A stretch of 64,000 bases of DNA, taken from the IMG/VR virus record IMGVR_UViG_3300014205_000183; one strand, given 5' to 3'. The notes beneath the pieces were generated by a model. That model was given only the letters and a program-made list of their open reading frames with translations. It had not been told where the DNA came from and did no database searches. The DNA is from a virus (lineage: Duplodnaviria; Caudoviricetes). Made by a program: the position numbers and the translations under genes. Numbering within the stretch: position 1 is the first letter of the stretch; every line of letters begins with the position of its first letter. Shown here piece after piece: positions 29,991-39,041 of this stretch.

Positions 29991-31033
29991 CCGTTTGAAT
30001 CCTTAATTTGTAAGGGGTCTGTACCTTTTGGAAGTATCATGATAACATTACCTGCCGGGTCTTTACCCATCAGCTGTTGTTCACCTTCGGCGGTCATATT
30101 ACCATCTTCAAATGTCACATCAACTGGGCCTGTAGTAGCTGTATCCATGGAGATGCGATCACCAGAGTTAATCACTGCAAAAGACTTGCGTCGCGCAAGC
30201 GGCCTAAAGGAGGCCTTTCTGAGTTTATTTGATAAGTCTGCAAACACCTTTTCTACAGACTCACCCTTCTTAATACGGTTGGCGTATGTGGCGAAGTTTG
30301 TAGACAGCGAAGCAGTTGTCCCCGCTGCGCCATAAAACAGACATTCAGCAACCCCATTGTTAAAAAATACTGACATGCGCTGTCGCATACAACCGCCTTC
30401 AGTACCGCCAGTATTGAATTCGCAGTCTGTGGCTGTGCAGCCGTCCAGAAGTGTATCTGTTGTGGGATCTTCTTTAGTTTCATAATTAGCAGCGATGTAG
30501 GGGTTTTTTAAGCCAGCTTTTTTAGGCTGAGTTTCTTTTGCAATCTCATCCAGATGTCCCGCACCTCTATCGAGAATCTTCTTAAATTTAGGATCGGTTT
30601 TTTCTTTAAGAGGCGCATCTACGGCAGGCTTACGAGTCGCACGGTCGGAAGTGAGTGGCTGCTTGTCTTCCTGCTCTATTTTTTTACGAGCATTAATATC
30701 CTTCTGCTCCTCAGTGGTGCGTGATACCGGTTTTGGTGTGTATATGCGATCTTGTTCTTCAGAAGGTAGCTTACTTTCTTTAGGAGTGCTCATACCGAAA
30801 GCACCTCCTACCCCATCACTAATGGTCTTCGGTTCTTCACCATTGACAATGGCTGCTATCGCCTTGCGTACGGCTACTAAGTCAGCTATGGACGCACTGA
30901 CAAAGAATCTCGCAGCCGCCTGATCTCCCAGGGCCACGGCTAACGTCTTAAGCTGATTAATGGAAGGATTTTTATTACCTGCCACAGCCGCCTGGCGAAT
31001 GAGTGTTGCTACGGCCTGATTGATTTGTTTCAT
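29987..31033 (-). CDS. Hypothetical head-region protein with a small Cys cluster
   Basis: 348 aa. CTATDCEFN..GC..EC resembles DUF1540-like Cys motifs. AAGGA RBS. Confidence 0.6.
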   Translation of the reverse strand: MKQINQAVATLIRQAAVAGNKNPSINQLKTLAVALGDQAAARFFVSASIADLVAVRKAIAAIVNGEEPKTISDGVGGAFGMSTPKESKLPSEEQDRIYTPKPVSRTTEEQKDINARKKIEQEDKQPLTSDRATRKPAVDAPLKEKTDPKFKKILDRGAGHLDEIAKETQPKKAGLKNPYIAANYETKEDPTTDTLLDGCTATDCEFNTGGTEGGCMRQRMSVFFNNGVAECLFYGAAGTTASLSTNFATYANRIKKGESVEKVFADLSNKLRKASFRPLARRKSFAVINSGDRISMDTATTGPVDVTFEDGNMTAEGEQQLMGKDPAGNVIMILPKGTDPLQIKDSNG

Positions 31034-31050
31034 ATACTATTCCTTTCGAA

Positions 31051-31329
31051 TTATTTTTCTGTCACTTTTTGGAGCAATTTGCCGCCAAACGCAAAGCCAA
31101 GTAGGGTAGTCCCCGCCTGCATAGCAGTCCCAGTATCCACATCCCCGGCTAAACTACAGACTGCCACAATGAGACAAATGATTACGCCACCTATACAGGT
31201 AATGAGGGACATGAGACGCATCGCGCTCTTCTGGCCTACGTCTTCTTCCAGATAACCGGATGTACCTGGTATAGGCAATTCAGATGCTGGAATTTCTTCT
31301 GGTGTTACGGGTTCAATAGGTTCCGTCAT
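31051..31329 (-). CDS. Two-TM membrane protein, holin-like
   Basis: 92 aa, two hydrophobic segments after KSAMRL, basic C-terminus, GGAGG RBS. Confidence 0.5.
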   Translation of the reverse strand: MTEPIEPVTPEEIPASELPIPGTSGYLEEDVGQKSAMRLMSLITCIGGVIICLIVAVCSLAGDVDTGTAMQAGTTLLGFAFGGKLLQKVTEK

Positions 31330-31340
31330 TTTAACCTCCC

Positions 31341-32072
31341 TTATTGAGGGACTTCCTCTGCCTGCCCACCCGGACCTGGAGCTACCATGTTATCTGCGAT
31401 TGGTTTTTGACTGGCGGGCAGAGCACCCTCCAAACCCACTACAGCCATTAGAGTAACCCGCACAGCCTGCTCTTTGTTGGATTCACCACCAGGTAAATCT
31501 CCAAATAGCTCATCAAAAATTTGTACTTTCTTATCTTGCGGCAGGTCTTCCCCACCTTCATTTTTAAGCCGATATTGAAACTCCTCCGCTAATCCTTGGT
31601 TGTCAACATAGATACCGATTTCAATAGTGGATGTGGCTTTAGGAAGATAAGCAGTGCCATCTTCAATCGTGAGATTGGCGCTGGAGGCAGCATCTGTAGC
31701 AACTACTTCACGGGCATCGGCCGCCAACTCTGCATATTCTTTTACACCTTCCAGAGCAATGCTGGCGGGATCGTCGTCGTGTATCACATATAATAAGGTT
31801 GCTCCATTTATTTCAGGGAGCACATCTTCGGCATTTTTTGAATTCTCAATTCCGCATGCTTTAAGGATAGGGATGATGTCATGGTCTACACCACCCAGGA
31901 TAATATCAGGAACCCGAGCATCCTTTACTACCATAGGATCACCTTGTTCACTGGTGACCGGTTCACGACCAAATAACTCTCTAAATTTAGCCACCATGGC
32001 ATCTCGCACAATAGCGGCGGTCAAATAGGCTACATCAGCATCTGGTTTAACATCTGCGAATATTCTGATCAT
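31341..32072 (-). CDS. Hypothetical acidic protein
   Basis: 243-aa ORF with AAGGA RBS. Confidence 0.65.
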   Translation of the reverse strand: MIRIFADVKPDADVAYLTAAIVRDAMVAKFRELFGREPVTSEQGDPMVVKDARVPDIILGGVDHDIIPILKACGIENSKNAEDVLPEINGATLLYVIHDDDPASIALEGVKEYAELAADAREVVATDAASSANLTIEDGTAYLPKATSTIEIGIYVDNQGLAEEFQYRLKNEGGEDLPQDKKVQIFDELFGDLPGGESNKEQAVRVTLMAVVGLEGALPASQKPIADNMVAPGPGGQAEEVPQ

Positions 32073-32085
32073 GTTTCATCCTTAT

Positions 32086-32124
32086 ATTAAAAGTGGCAGT
32101 GAAGATGAATACCTGCACTGCCAC
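32086..32124 (-). terminator. Probable intrinsic terminator
   Basis: GTGGCAGTG...CACTGCCAC stem followed by TTTTAAT on the minus strand. Confidence 0.55.
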
Positions 32125-32148
32125 ACAAATTACAAAACGATAACCGGA

Positions 32149-32817
32149 TTATACGTTAGCTGGCGCTGCGCCATGCATGCGTGTTACTCGGCCTGCTAAA
32201 GTTTTCTTTAGCAGTTTTTCTTCCCGCTTGGCATCCCGCATTTCCAATTCATCAAACCGGCGGTCAAAATCATTAACCTGCTGGTCCTCAATGATGGTGC
32301 CTTTCGGATACTTCTGTTTCTCGGGTAATTTGAACGCATCAGCCTGCTCTTCATTAGCAAGCGGAATCAGAGCAAAATTACCATTCAAACCAGTCAGCTT
32401 AGAAGCTGCATAACGCAGGCCTTTAGAGCGATTGATTTCCATTGGAGAGTAGAAGTCTGTGAGCCTGATAACTTCACCCGGGTACAGCATAAGTCCTGTA
32501 TCTTCTGAGTTAGTTTTCAAGTCAGGGACGATGAGGGCCATCAAGGATTGATTCTGCACCAGGTTGTAACGAGGTTCAACTCGCTGCATCATGGGGTCTG
32601 CAATAGTGGCGTTTGGATTACCAGTAGCGGGAACTGCTCGTTCTTCGAGCGATTCTTTGTGTGCTTTTTCTTCTTCTTTTCGAGCCGCAACCTCTGCGGG
32701 ACTCAGTATCTTTGTCTTAACTGTGGTCAAATCTTTGTCGGCGGCAGTTATGCCAGCCTTTGTGTCAACATCACCGGCATTTGTGCCAGCGTTTAATTCG
32801 GACGACGTACCCTGCAT
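32149..32817 (-). CDS. Hypothetical protein downstream of the capsid gene
   Basis: Start MQGTSSEL at 32817 with AGGAGG RBS. The ORF-track extension crosses a terminator. Confidence 0.7.
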   Translation of the reverse strand: MQGTSSELNAGTNAGDVDTKAGITAADKDLTTVKTKILSPAEVAARKEEEKAHKESLEERAVPATGNPNATIADPMMQRVEPRYNLVQNQSLMALIVPDLKTNSEDTGLMLYPGEVIRLTDFYSPMEINRSKGLRYAASKLTGLNGNFALIPLANEEQADAFKLPEKQKYPKGTIIEDQQVNDFDRRFDELEMRDAKREEKLLKKTLAGRVTRMHGAAPANV

Positions 32818-32980
32818 TAGAAACCTCCTAAAGTTAAGAAACCCCGTTATTGGGATCTCTCGTGTGAAAAATTCAACACATCCATACAAGATGTGTTTAC
32901 TATAAAAAGGGAATCCGAGGAGCCGACAAGCAACCCCTCGAATTGGGGATGTCAATGAACAACTTAATAAAACACGAGAC

Positions 32981-33017
32981 AAAATAAAGGTGGAGGGGTG
33001 GTTTGCCACCCCTCACC
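32981..33017 (-). terminator. Intrinsic terminator after the major capsid gene
   Basis: GAGGGGTGG-CAAA-CCACCCCTC hairpin followed by CACCTTTATTTT. Confidence 0.85.
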
Positions 33018-33023
33018 CCTAAA

Positions 33024-33926
33024 TTAACCTGCTGTGTTAAATGTGCCCTTAGAAACAGCTTTTGCGTTGTGTACGGTCATGCCGAGCAACTCATAGCCTA
33101 CGAATCCAAGAAGCAGATTGTCTGGGTCATCTGCTGGGATAACATCAACATCACGACGGATAGGCATCCAAGCTGTGAACTCAGGTTCCGCAATAATGTA
33201 GAAAGTACCAGAAGTAACCTGATCGTTGATATAAATATCAGCGTCCCAAATTGATCCCAGGTAGCCGCTCTTACGAATTTCTTCACGGGCGACATTGTCA
33301 ACCATGAGATAATCCCAACGACGTACACCCTGGATACCAAACGGTGACATCAGAACAGATTTAACGCGAAGACGATGCTTCTCAACCTCAGTGAAGGCTT
33401 TGGCAAGAGCGTCTTTTGTTAAGTATGTTGTGACAGCGGTTGTTACGTTCAGCTGCTGAGACACTGTCTCAAGAAGACTGAATCCGTAAAGGTCTTCACG
33501 CAGAGCCATGCCCTGTTCAAGACGTTCTTTAACACGCTTCATCACCTGGTAGAGGCGCTTGTAAAGTTCTGCGTATGGAACTTTTGGCTTTACCACGATT
33601 TCGAACTCATCGAGTGTGGTTCTTTCAACCTGTACTTCGATGATACGAGTTGTACCGTTTGCGCCAATCTTGGCGGCGGTAAACTCTTCGATATCGTTGT
33701 CGTAAATCATAGGCATACCATCAGGCCAACCTTCTGTTACGGCAAATTTACGAAAAATCCCGATATAATCGAGATACTTGCGTACTGGGGACGCAAGGTT
33801 AGCAGCAATTTTGGAAAGCCCTGTAGGACTTTTCATCGCAGCCTGGAGATCCGCTTCACGGCGAATCAGTGCGGCTTTGGTAGCTTCCCGCTGCAAGGAA
33901 GAATTTTTCATCGTTCCTGTGGTCAT
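33024..33926 (-). CDS. Major capsid protein (HK97 fold)
   Basis: 300 aa from MTTGTMK (AAGGAG RBS). LASPVRKYLDYIGIFRK..EFEIVVKPKV..GYLGSIWDADIY..GFVGYELLGMTVHN. Follows protease, scaffold and decoration genes, with a strong terminator behind it. Confidence 0.9.
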   Translation of the reverse strand: MTTGTMKNSSLQREATKAALIRREADLQAAMKSPTGLSKIAANLASPVRKYLDYIGIFRKFAVTEGWPDGMPMIYDNDIEEFTAAKIGANGTTRIIEVQVERTTLDEFEIVVKPKVPYAELYKRLYQVMKRVKERLEQGMALREDLYGFSLLETVSQQLNVTTAVTTYLTKDALAKAFTEVEKHRLRVKSVLMSPFGIQGVRRWDYLMVDNVAREEIRKSGYLGSIWDADIYINDQVTSGTFYIIAEPEFTAWMPIRRDVDVIPADDPDNLLLGFVGYELLGMTVHNAKAVSKGTFNTAG

Positions 33927-34039
33927 TTGAGACTCCTTGTTATGTTGTTTGTACAACCTATATTTATGTCCTGCTGTTTTTCAGCTAATGGACTATTAGG
34001 TTCTGATTAATATTTCTGTCCAACCATTTCAAAATTTAA

Positions 34040-34078
34040 CGTGCAGGCAAGCGGCGGGTTAGACCGCTCGCCCACACG
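34040..34078 (-). promoter_or_regulatory. 15-bp RNA hairpin in the capsid gene leader
   Basis: CGUGUGGGCGAGCGG/CCGCUUGCCUGCACG, with three G-U pairs that only pair on the minus-strand RNA. Confidence 0.6.
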
Positions 34079-34084
34079 GAATTG

Positions 34085-34507
34085 TTAGTTCAAGAACAAG
34101 AGTGTGAGGCTGCTGGTGATGCCACCTGCAACTGCTCCAACTGCAAGAACTCGAGCCTTATCAGTTGCCTGACCAGAGTTAACCCACTCACCTGCAAGGA
34201 TACCAGCGCCTTCGCCAGGTACGAATGTAAGTGCTTCATTGTATGGGTAAGCAGCTTCATTCTTTCCTTTTTCAAGGGTGAAGATACCATTACCGGCATA
34301 GAATGTGACTGGGTCACCACTTGGATCAACATCTGATCCATTGGCATAGATACCTACATAACCGGTATCACTGTAAGCGCGTGCGATTTCGCCTGCGCTG
34401 TTCATTGCACAAGGCATACCACCGGAGTAACCGGACTGGTGTGCAACGATTGATCCAAGAAACTCGCCGTTCTTTACTGTGAACTGTTTGACGCGATTGA
34501 GAGCCAT
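34085..34507 (-). CDS. Head decoration/cement-like protein
   Basis: 140 aa, Gly rich, immediately upstream of the MCP. GGAGG RBS. Confidence 0.65.
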   Translation of the reverse strand: MALNRVKQFTVKNGEFLGSIVAHQSGYSGGMPCAMNSAGEIARAYSDTGYVGIYANGSDVDPSGDPVTFYAGNGIFTLEKGKNEAAYPYNEALTFVPGEGAGILAGEWVNSGQATDKARVLAVGAVAGGITSSLTLLFLN

Positions 34508-34538
34508 GAGAAACCTCCGTTAAATAAATGTTTGTTTG

Positions 34539-36803
34539 TTAATTACAATCTTCAAAAAATGTTCCGTTTTCCAGAGACGCTGAGACAACACCTGGAGTGC
34601 CACCATCAATAATCTCAGACTGCCTTCTTGAAAGTGAAGCCTGGACCTTATTAGCAGTTCTGTTTGCCAGAGTAGGCGTCTGCGCCTTATTAGCTTCCAG
34701 ATTAGCGATCAGTCTTCCAAAGGCTTTAAATTCAGCTTGGGCGTTCCTGTACAGTTCAGCCAATACCGTCTGTTGTTCACCACGCTGTTCTTCGGTTATT
34801 GCACCTACTTTAACGGCACGGTCTGTTAATAATGTGGCCTCAGTAACCGACAGGCGCTCAGCCATTTTACGATTACTTTCAACCAATATAGTTGCTTTTA
34901 ATTCTGCTTTTTTTACCATTGAGAACTGTGGGTCAACCTTCTCCTCTTTAGAAGTAGTGCTGTACCCTTTACCGTTCTGGTCAAGACCTCTGAGTGTTTT
35001 TGACACGTCAGCACTTGCGTCAGGGCGTTTAGTTGTTGCACTGTCTGTTGGACTGTCCGGTGTTTTAGCTGTGGACTTCTTCACCATACTGAACTGAGGA
35101 TCAACCTTTTCATCCTTAGAAGTGGAACCGTATCCCTTACCGTTCTGGTCAAGACCTCTGAGTGTTTTTGACACATCAACGCTTGCATCAGGACGTTTAG
35201 TTGTCGCACTGTCTGTTGGACTGTCTGGAGTCTTGGCAGTAGCTTTCACTTGCTTATTACTACGAGCAACCAATGCCTGGGCTTCAGGTTCTGTCGCACA
35301 TTCAACAATTTCAGTTTCTGAAATTTGAACATTAAACTTACCATTAGGAGCAGGTGCGTAAGTGGTTGTGAAGCTCTTACCAACTGTACCATTATCAGAA
35401 GCAGGTGCTTCTGGAGCTGGTATAGCATCGGGAGCTTTATCTGCTTTAGCATCGGGACCAGGAGCATCACCTTCAGCAGCAGTCTTTTTCTTACCGCTAC
35501 GAACCATCTTTATAGCTGCGCGAACGCGGTCTTCAATAGAAGCACCCTTAAGGTCAGGCATTTCACCTGCTTCAGGTTTTTCAACCTTTTCAGCTTTGTC
35601 ACCTTCAGGTTTTTCAGTTTTCTCTTCTTTGGCTTCGATCTTCTCGACAGCTTCCTCAACTTTTTCAGTTGGGATTTTGATAGTGACATTCTTCTCATCA
35701 GCCTTAACTGTAACGTCTTTTTCAGCAGACTTTTTAACGGATATGATCCTTTTTACAGAATTAGCCATTACAGTCTTTTCGATTCCGGCGACAGATACTT
35801 TAAGACGGGCACCATCAACAGAACTGATGACCCCAATAGAACCGTCAGCAAGCAGTACGCGCTCAGCAGCAGCATATACTGTAGTAGATGCAATTGTGGC
35901 TGTACGATAATTTTTACCTATTGGCTTACGCATAGCTGAAACAGTTTTAACTGGTGTGCTTGCTGCGGCAACCGATTTTGTAGGCATGAGCTTATCAGCC
36001 ATACGCTCTAGGATAGTGGCCTGACGCACATTTGCTGCTTTTTTAGTTGCATCTTTTTCAAGCGCAGCTTTCTTTGTGAGACTCATGGCAGCAGTATATA
36101 ATTTCTTAGCACGAGCACGACGATTGGCGGAAACATCAGGCCCACCTTCATTCATGCCTGGGGCATGACTGTTGATTGGCGCACCTTTTTCTTTTTCTTC
36201 GGTGTTACCAGCCTGTGGAAACTGCGGAGGCATTCCTGGAGCCATACCTTTCTGAGGTGGGCGATTACCAGGCACTGTACCGGAATCCATCACTGGGGCT
36301 TCACCCTCAGCAGCACGTCTGCGGAGAGCAAAACTACGACGAGCAGCTTCACGAGCACGAAGACTTGCAGCCTTCTCAGGTGCTTTGATAGCATCGGTTG
36401 ATGGATAACCTTTTTCAAGTTTTTCAAGTTCAGGAGAAGAAGCAAGTCTACTTACTTCTGTAGCCAGCTTTTTGACATGGTCAATTGCAGCTTGGATCTT
36501 CGTGGCATCTCTACGGATGCTAAATCCTCTGATTGCAGCCTGACGAACACCCTTGTCCGCATCTGCACGAGTAATGAGGTTTTCACTTGCACTTTTGTTT
36601 AAAGCAGCGCGTTTAGCAGTCACCTGCTGACCAGCTTTAACATTTGCGGCTTTGAGTTGAAACAACTCAGCAGCGGCTGAACCAAGTGTGCTTTTAATTT
36701 CACGAACCTGCATAGATGACAACCGGGTTTTGCGCGTCCGGGCGGCATCAATAAGGCGTCCGACCTTGTCTAGGCCTGACATAAGTAATTTCTTATCAAC
36801 CAT
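34539..36803 (-). CDS. Scaffold/inner-core protein
   Basis: 754 aa, Ala/Lys rich with coiled segments, between protease and capsid. Has many KxA motifs. Confidence 0.65.
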   Translation of the reverse strand: MVDKKLLMSGLDKVGRLIDAARTRKTRLSSMQVREIKSTLGSAAAELFQLKAANVKAGQQVTAKRAALNKSASENLITRADADKGVRQAAIRGFSIRRDATKIQAAIDHVKKLATEVSRLASSPELEKLEKGYPSTDAIKAPEKAASLRAREAARRSFALRRRAAEGEAPVMDSGTVPGNRPPQKGMAPGMPPQFPQAGNTEEKEKGAPINSHAPGMNEGGPDVSANRRARAKKLYTAAMSLTKKAALEKDATKKAANVRQATILERMADKLMPTKSVAAASTPVKTVSAMRKPIGKNYRTATIASTTVYAAAERVLLADGSIGVISSVDGARLKVSVAGIEKTVMANSVKRIISVKKSAEKDVTVKADEKNVTIKIPTEKVEEAVEKIEAKEEKTEKPEGDKAEKVEKPEAGEMPDLKGASIEDRVRAAIKMVRSGKKKTAAEGDAPGPDAKADKAPDAIPAPEAPASDNGTVGKSFTTTYAPAPNGKFNVQISETEIVECATEPEAQALVARSNKQVKATAKTPDSPTDSATTKRPDASVDVSKTLRGLDQNGKGYGSTSKDEKVDPQFSMVKKSTAKTPDSPTDSATTKRPDASADVSKTLRGLDQNGKGYSTTSKEEKVDPQFSMVKKAELKATILVESNRKMAERLSVTEATLLTDRAVKVGAITEEQRGEQQTVLAELYRNAQAEFKAFGRLIANLEANKAQTPTLANRTANKVQASLSRRQSEIIDGGTPGVVSASLENGTFFEDCN
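34908..35243 (-). repeat. Tandem 168-bp (56-aa) duplication in the scaffold-like gene
   Basis: TAKTPDSPTDSATTKRPDAS.DVSKTLRGLDQNGKGY..TSK.EKVDPQFSMVKK occurs twice. Matching DNA at 34981 and 35149. Confidence 0.95.
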
Positions 36804-36842
36804 GTTGACTCCTTAAGATTTGGTTTTTTGTATACATATATA

Positions 36843-38168
36843 TTAGCGAGCCACACTGGCCGCCCGTTCTTCCGTTTTAGCGCCTTCAAATTGGTTGCTG
36901 TCTGCCCGATTCTCATAATCCATATCTTCAGCAAATTCCTTAACTTCAATAATATCCTGCCGCATAATATCGACAGGTTCATCTAGCCCATCAATGGCAA
37001 CCACTAAGCTCCCATCCTCATGCTCTTCAACAACCACAGCATCAACTTCATCCTCTTCATATTTGATAAGGATGATGGTGCCTTCGGGAGTATCTCCAGG
37101 GGCATTCTGCTCAGCAATGTGCTCTTGGATAGCCTCTTTTTTCTCGTTAATAAACTCATCTCGATTCTGCTCTACATTACCAGGCATTTCACCAATCATG
37201 ACGTACATATCTGGGGTTTTACGAATAGATTGGGAAGGGTTTGGATTTGTCTCAATGTATGCTACTTTGGCAGCTGTTTTCTTCTTACTGGAAAAAACCT
37301 CCAACAACTTAGCATCTTTATCAGCACCCTCGCCACCAGCCTTACCACCAAAACGGAAAGGTAATATGAGACTATCTTCAAAGAAACCACAACCACGGTT
37401 AATTTCAAATGGAATGACGAACATGCCACCGATCTGCATTTGGCGACCTTTGTGAAGTCTAATGCAATCACAAAAATCTTCATGCTCTGGTAACTCACCA
37501 TTGGCAGCGTTACCACAAACAGAACAAACCGCAGATTCCACCATAGTACCCATGCTGGAGTCAGTCACTTCACCAGCTAGAATAGCCCGACATAAACCTC
37601 GAGTATGATCTTCCGCCTGTTCTTTGTTAATAGCCCAGACATTCTCAACCCAACCAGAATTCGCCATATGCTTAGCAACCGCCTCAACTATCTGCCTCTG
37701 ATCGCTGCCTCTTACGAGTTTGCGGTCATTTGCGTAAGAGAGCACTTTGCCAAAGGCTTCTTTATTAGAGGCACAAGTAGCAGTTAAATTATCCAGGAGC
37801 TGATTAAATGGCATTATGGGCAGCCCCAAATCATCCCGAATACCTGGGATGGGGATAAACTCACTGTCCAACACAATACCGATTTGAGTCGTTCCTATAT
37901 GATCAACACTAATAGGCCTACCAATAAAAGAAGGATACGATTTTGCAAGTTCATCGTATTCAAAGGCGTCCCAGTTCTGGTTTGGCCCGTGAATCTCTAA
38001 GGCACTGATAGCTCTGTTTCGTAAATAAATATGGTTTTCAGGGTCCAAGTCAAAGGACTCCATACGATTAGCGGCCTGCTTAACTAAACCACCTTGCCAC
38101 GGACGGACTAAGCCTGCTAGCGTAGAGGAGGTCTTAATAATTTTTGCTGAACCGTAAGCTATTAGCAT
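36843..38168 (-). CDS. Prohead (capsid maturation) protease with a Zn-finger insertion
   Basis: N.N.DAF..EL..Y.SFIGRPISVDH..GIVLDS (His) and DSSMG (Ser), followed by CSVCGN...CDC and EIN...FFEDS. Canonical position upstream of scaffold and capsid. Confidence 0.85.
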   Translation of the reverse strand: MLIAYGSAKIIKTSSTLAGLVRPWQGGLVKQAANRMESFDLDPENHIYLRNRAISALEIHGPNQNWDAFEYDELAKSYPSFIGRPISVDHIGTTQIGIVLDSEFIPIPGIRDDLGLPIMPFNQLLDNLTATCASNKEAFGKVLSYANDRKLVRGSDQRQIVEAVAKHMANSGWVENVWAINKEQAEDHTRGLCRAILAGEVTDSSMGTMVESAVCSVCGNAANGELPEHEDFCDCIRLHKGRQMQIGGMFVIPFEINRGCGFFEDSLILPFRFGGKAGGEGADKDAKLLEVFSSKKKTAAKVAYIETNPNPSQSIRKTPDMYVMIGEMPGNVEQNRDEFINEKKEAIQEHIAEQNAPGDTPEGTIILIKYEEDEVDAVVVEEHEDGSLVVAIDGLDEPVDIMRQDIIEVKEFAEDMDYENRADSNQFEGAKTEERAASVAR

Positions 38169-38236
38169 AAACTCACTTATTTTTTAAAAAATAACCCAAT
38201 ACCTTAAATTAGGTATATATTCATTAAATGCATTAG

Positions 38237-38267
38237 ATGTTGAACTGGGTTATGGAGTTTTTGACTA
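38237..38267 (-). promoter_or_regulatory. 31-bp intergenic element, copy 2
   Basis: Identical to 24013-24043. Upstream of the protease-scaffold-capsid block. Confidence 0.65.
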
Positions 38268-38286
38268 CTGACTCACTTAAAACCGG

Positions 38287-38646
38287 TTAAAACTGGTATG
38301 TATAGCTCAAATTATTCCAAGTTTGGTCATTTGAACGATAGATATTGGCTTGTTCGGCCGCTTCTTCTGCTCTTTTTTTAGCCAACCAGACTTTCAAGGA
38401 ACCTAAAAGGTTGGATAGCTCAAAGTCTCCGAATATAGATGCCAGAGGTGTGGCCACAGTTAAGATGCTTTCTATGGTATCAAATATACCGCTACCAAAG
38501 CCACCAGTAACTGCACGACCAGCCTCTGCGCGTCTAGCCAGTGCTACCCCTAGCTCAAGATGAGCTTTAACCTCTTCACGGGTAGGATTGGCGGTTGCTG
38601 CCAGTGCCTTAGTGCGTAAAGCTGCGGTTTTGAGTAACTGGCGCAT
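38287..38646 (-). CDS. Hypothetical protein (LKTAA motif near the N-terminus)
   Basis: 119 aa, AAGGA RBS. Confidence 0.65.
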   Translation of the reverse strand: MRQLLKTAALRTKALAATANPTREEVKAHLELGVALARRAEAGRAVTGGFGSGIFDTIESILTVATPLASIFGDFELSNLLGSLKVWLAKKRAEEAAEQANIYRSNDQTWNNLSYTYQF

Positions 38647-38648
38647 AC

Positions 38649-38768
38649 TTATTTTCCTTTTTTATCGGTTTTGGTGATAGTCCGACTGGACGTAACCTTT
38701 TTGCCATCTTTGGTCGTCTGCTTGATTTCCGCTGTGATTTTTCCACAACCTGTTTTCACAAAGCTCAT
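38649..38768 (-). CDS. Small Lys/Thr-rich protein (39 aa, not in the ORF track)
   Basis: MSFVKTGCGKITAEIKQTTKDGKKVTSSRTITKTDKKGK, with an AGGAGG RBS. Fills the gap exactly. Confidence 0.65.
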   Translation of the reverse strand: MSFVKTGCGKITAEIKQTTKDGKKVTSSRTITKTDKKGK

Positions 38769-38781
38769 AACATCCTCCTGA

Positions 38782-39039
38782 TTAAGTGAGACTTAAAGAT
38801 TCTTTATCTATATGTTCATCTAGCACTTGATAACCATCTATCTGAGCCAGAATGAACACGCGCAATGCCATTTTATTCAAGTCTGCCATATAAACCCGAT
38901 CGCCGCGGACCTCCAACGGTAACGCCTTACGATCTGAGGCATCTCCCTTCTTATCGATATATCTCAATTCAATAGGGTTGCCGTTTATAATGCACTGATT
39001 CAAGTCAGACAGCAGGTCTCCGGTAGGTTCCCAATCCAT
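38782..39039 (-). CDS. Stand-alone WYL-domain protein
   Basis: IELRYIDKKG..SDRKALPLEV..VYMADL...LRVFILAQI matches the WYL pattern. No HTH. Confidence 0.75.
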   Translation of the reverse strand: MDWEPTGDLLSDLNQCIINGNPIELRYIDKKGDASDRKALPLEVRGDRVYMADLNKMALRVFILAQIDGYQVLDEHIDKESLSLT

Positions 39040-39041
39040 AA

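Noticed and set aside
32950-32955. TTGACA -35 box on the minus strand
   Set aside because: No plausible -10 hexamer at 16-18 bp spacing.
33024-33926. Encapsulin interpretation of the short HK97-fold protein
   Set aside because: Its context with portal, protease, scaffold and tail genes indicates a phage capsid.
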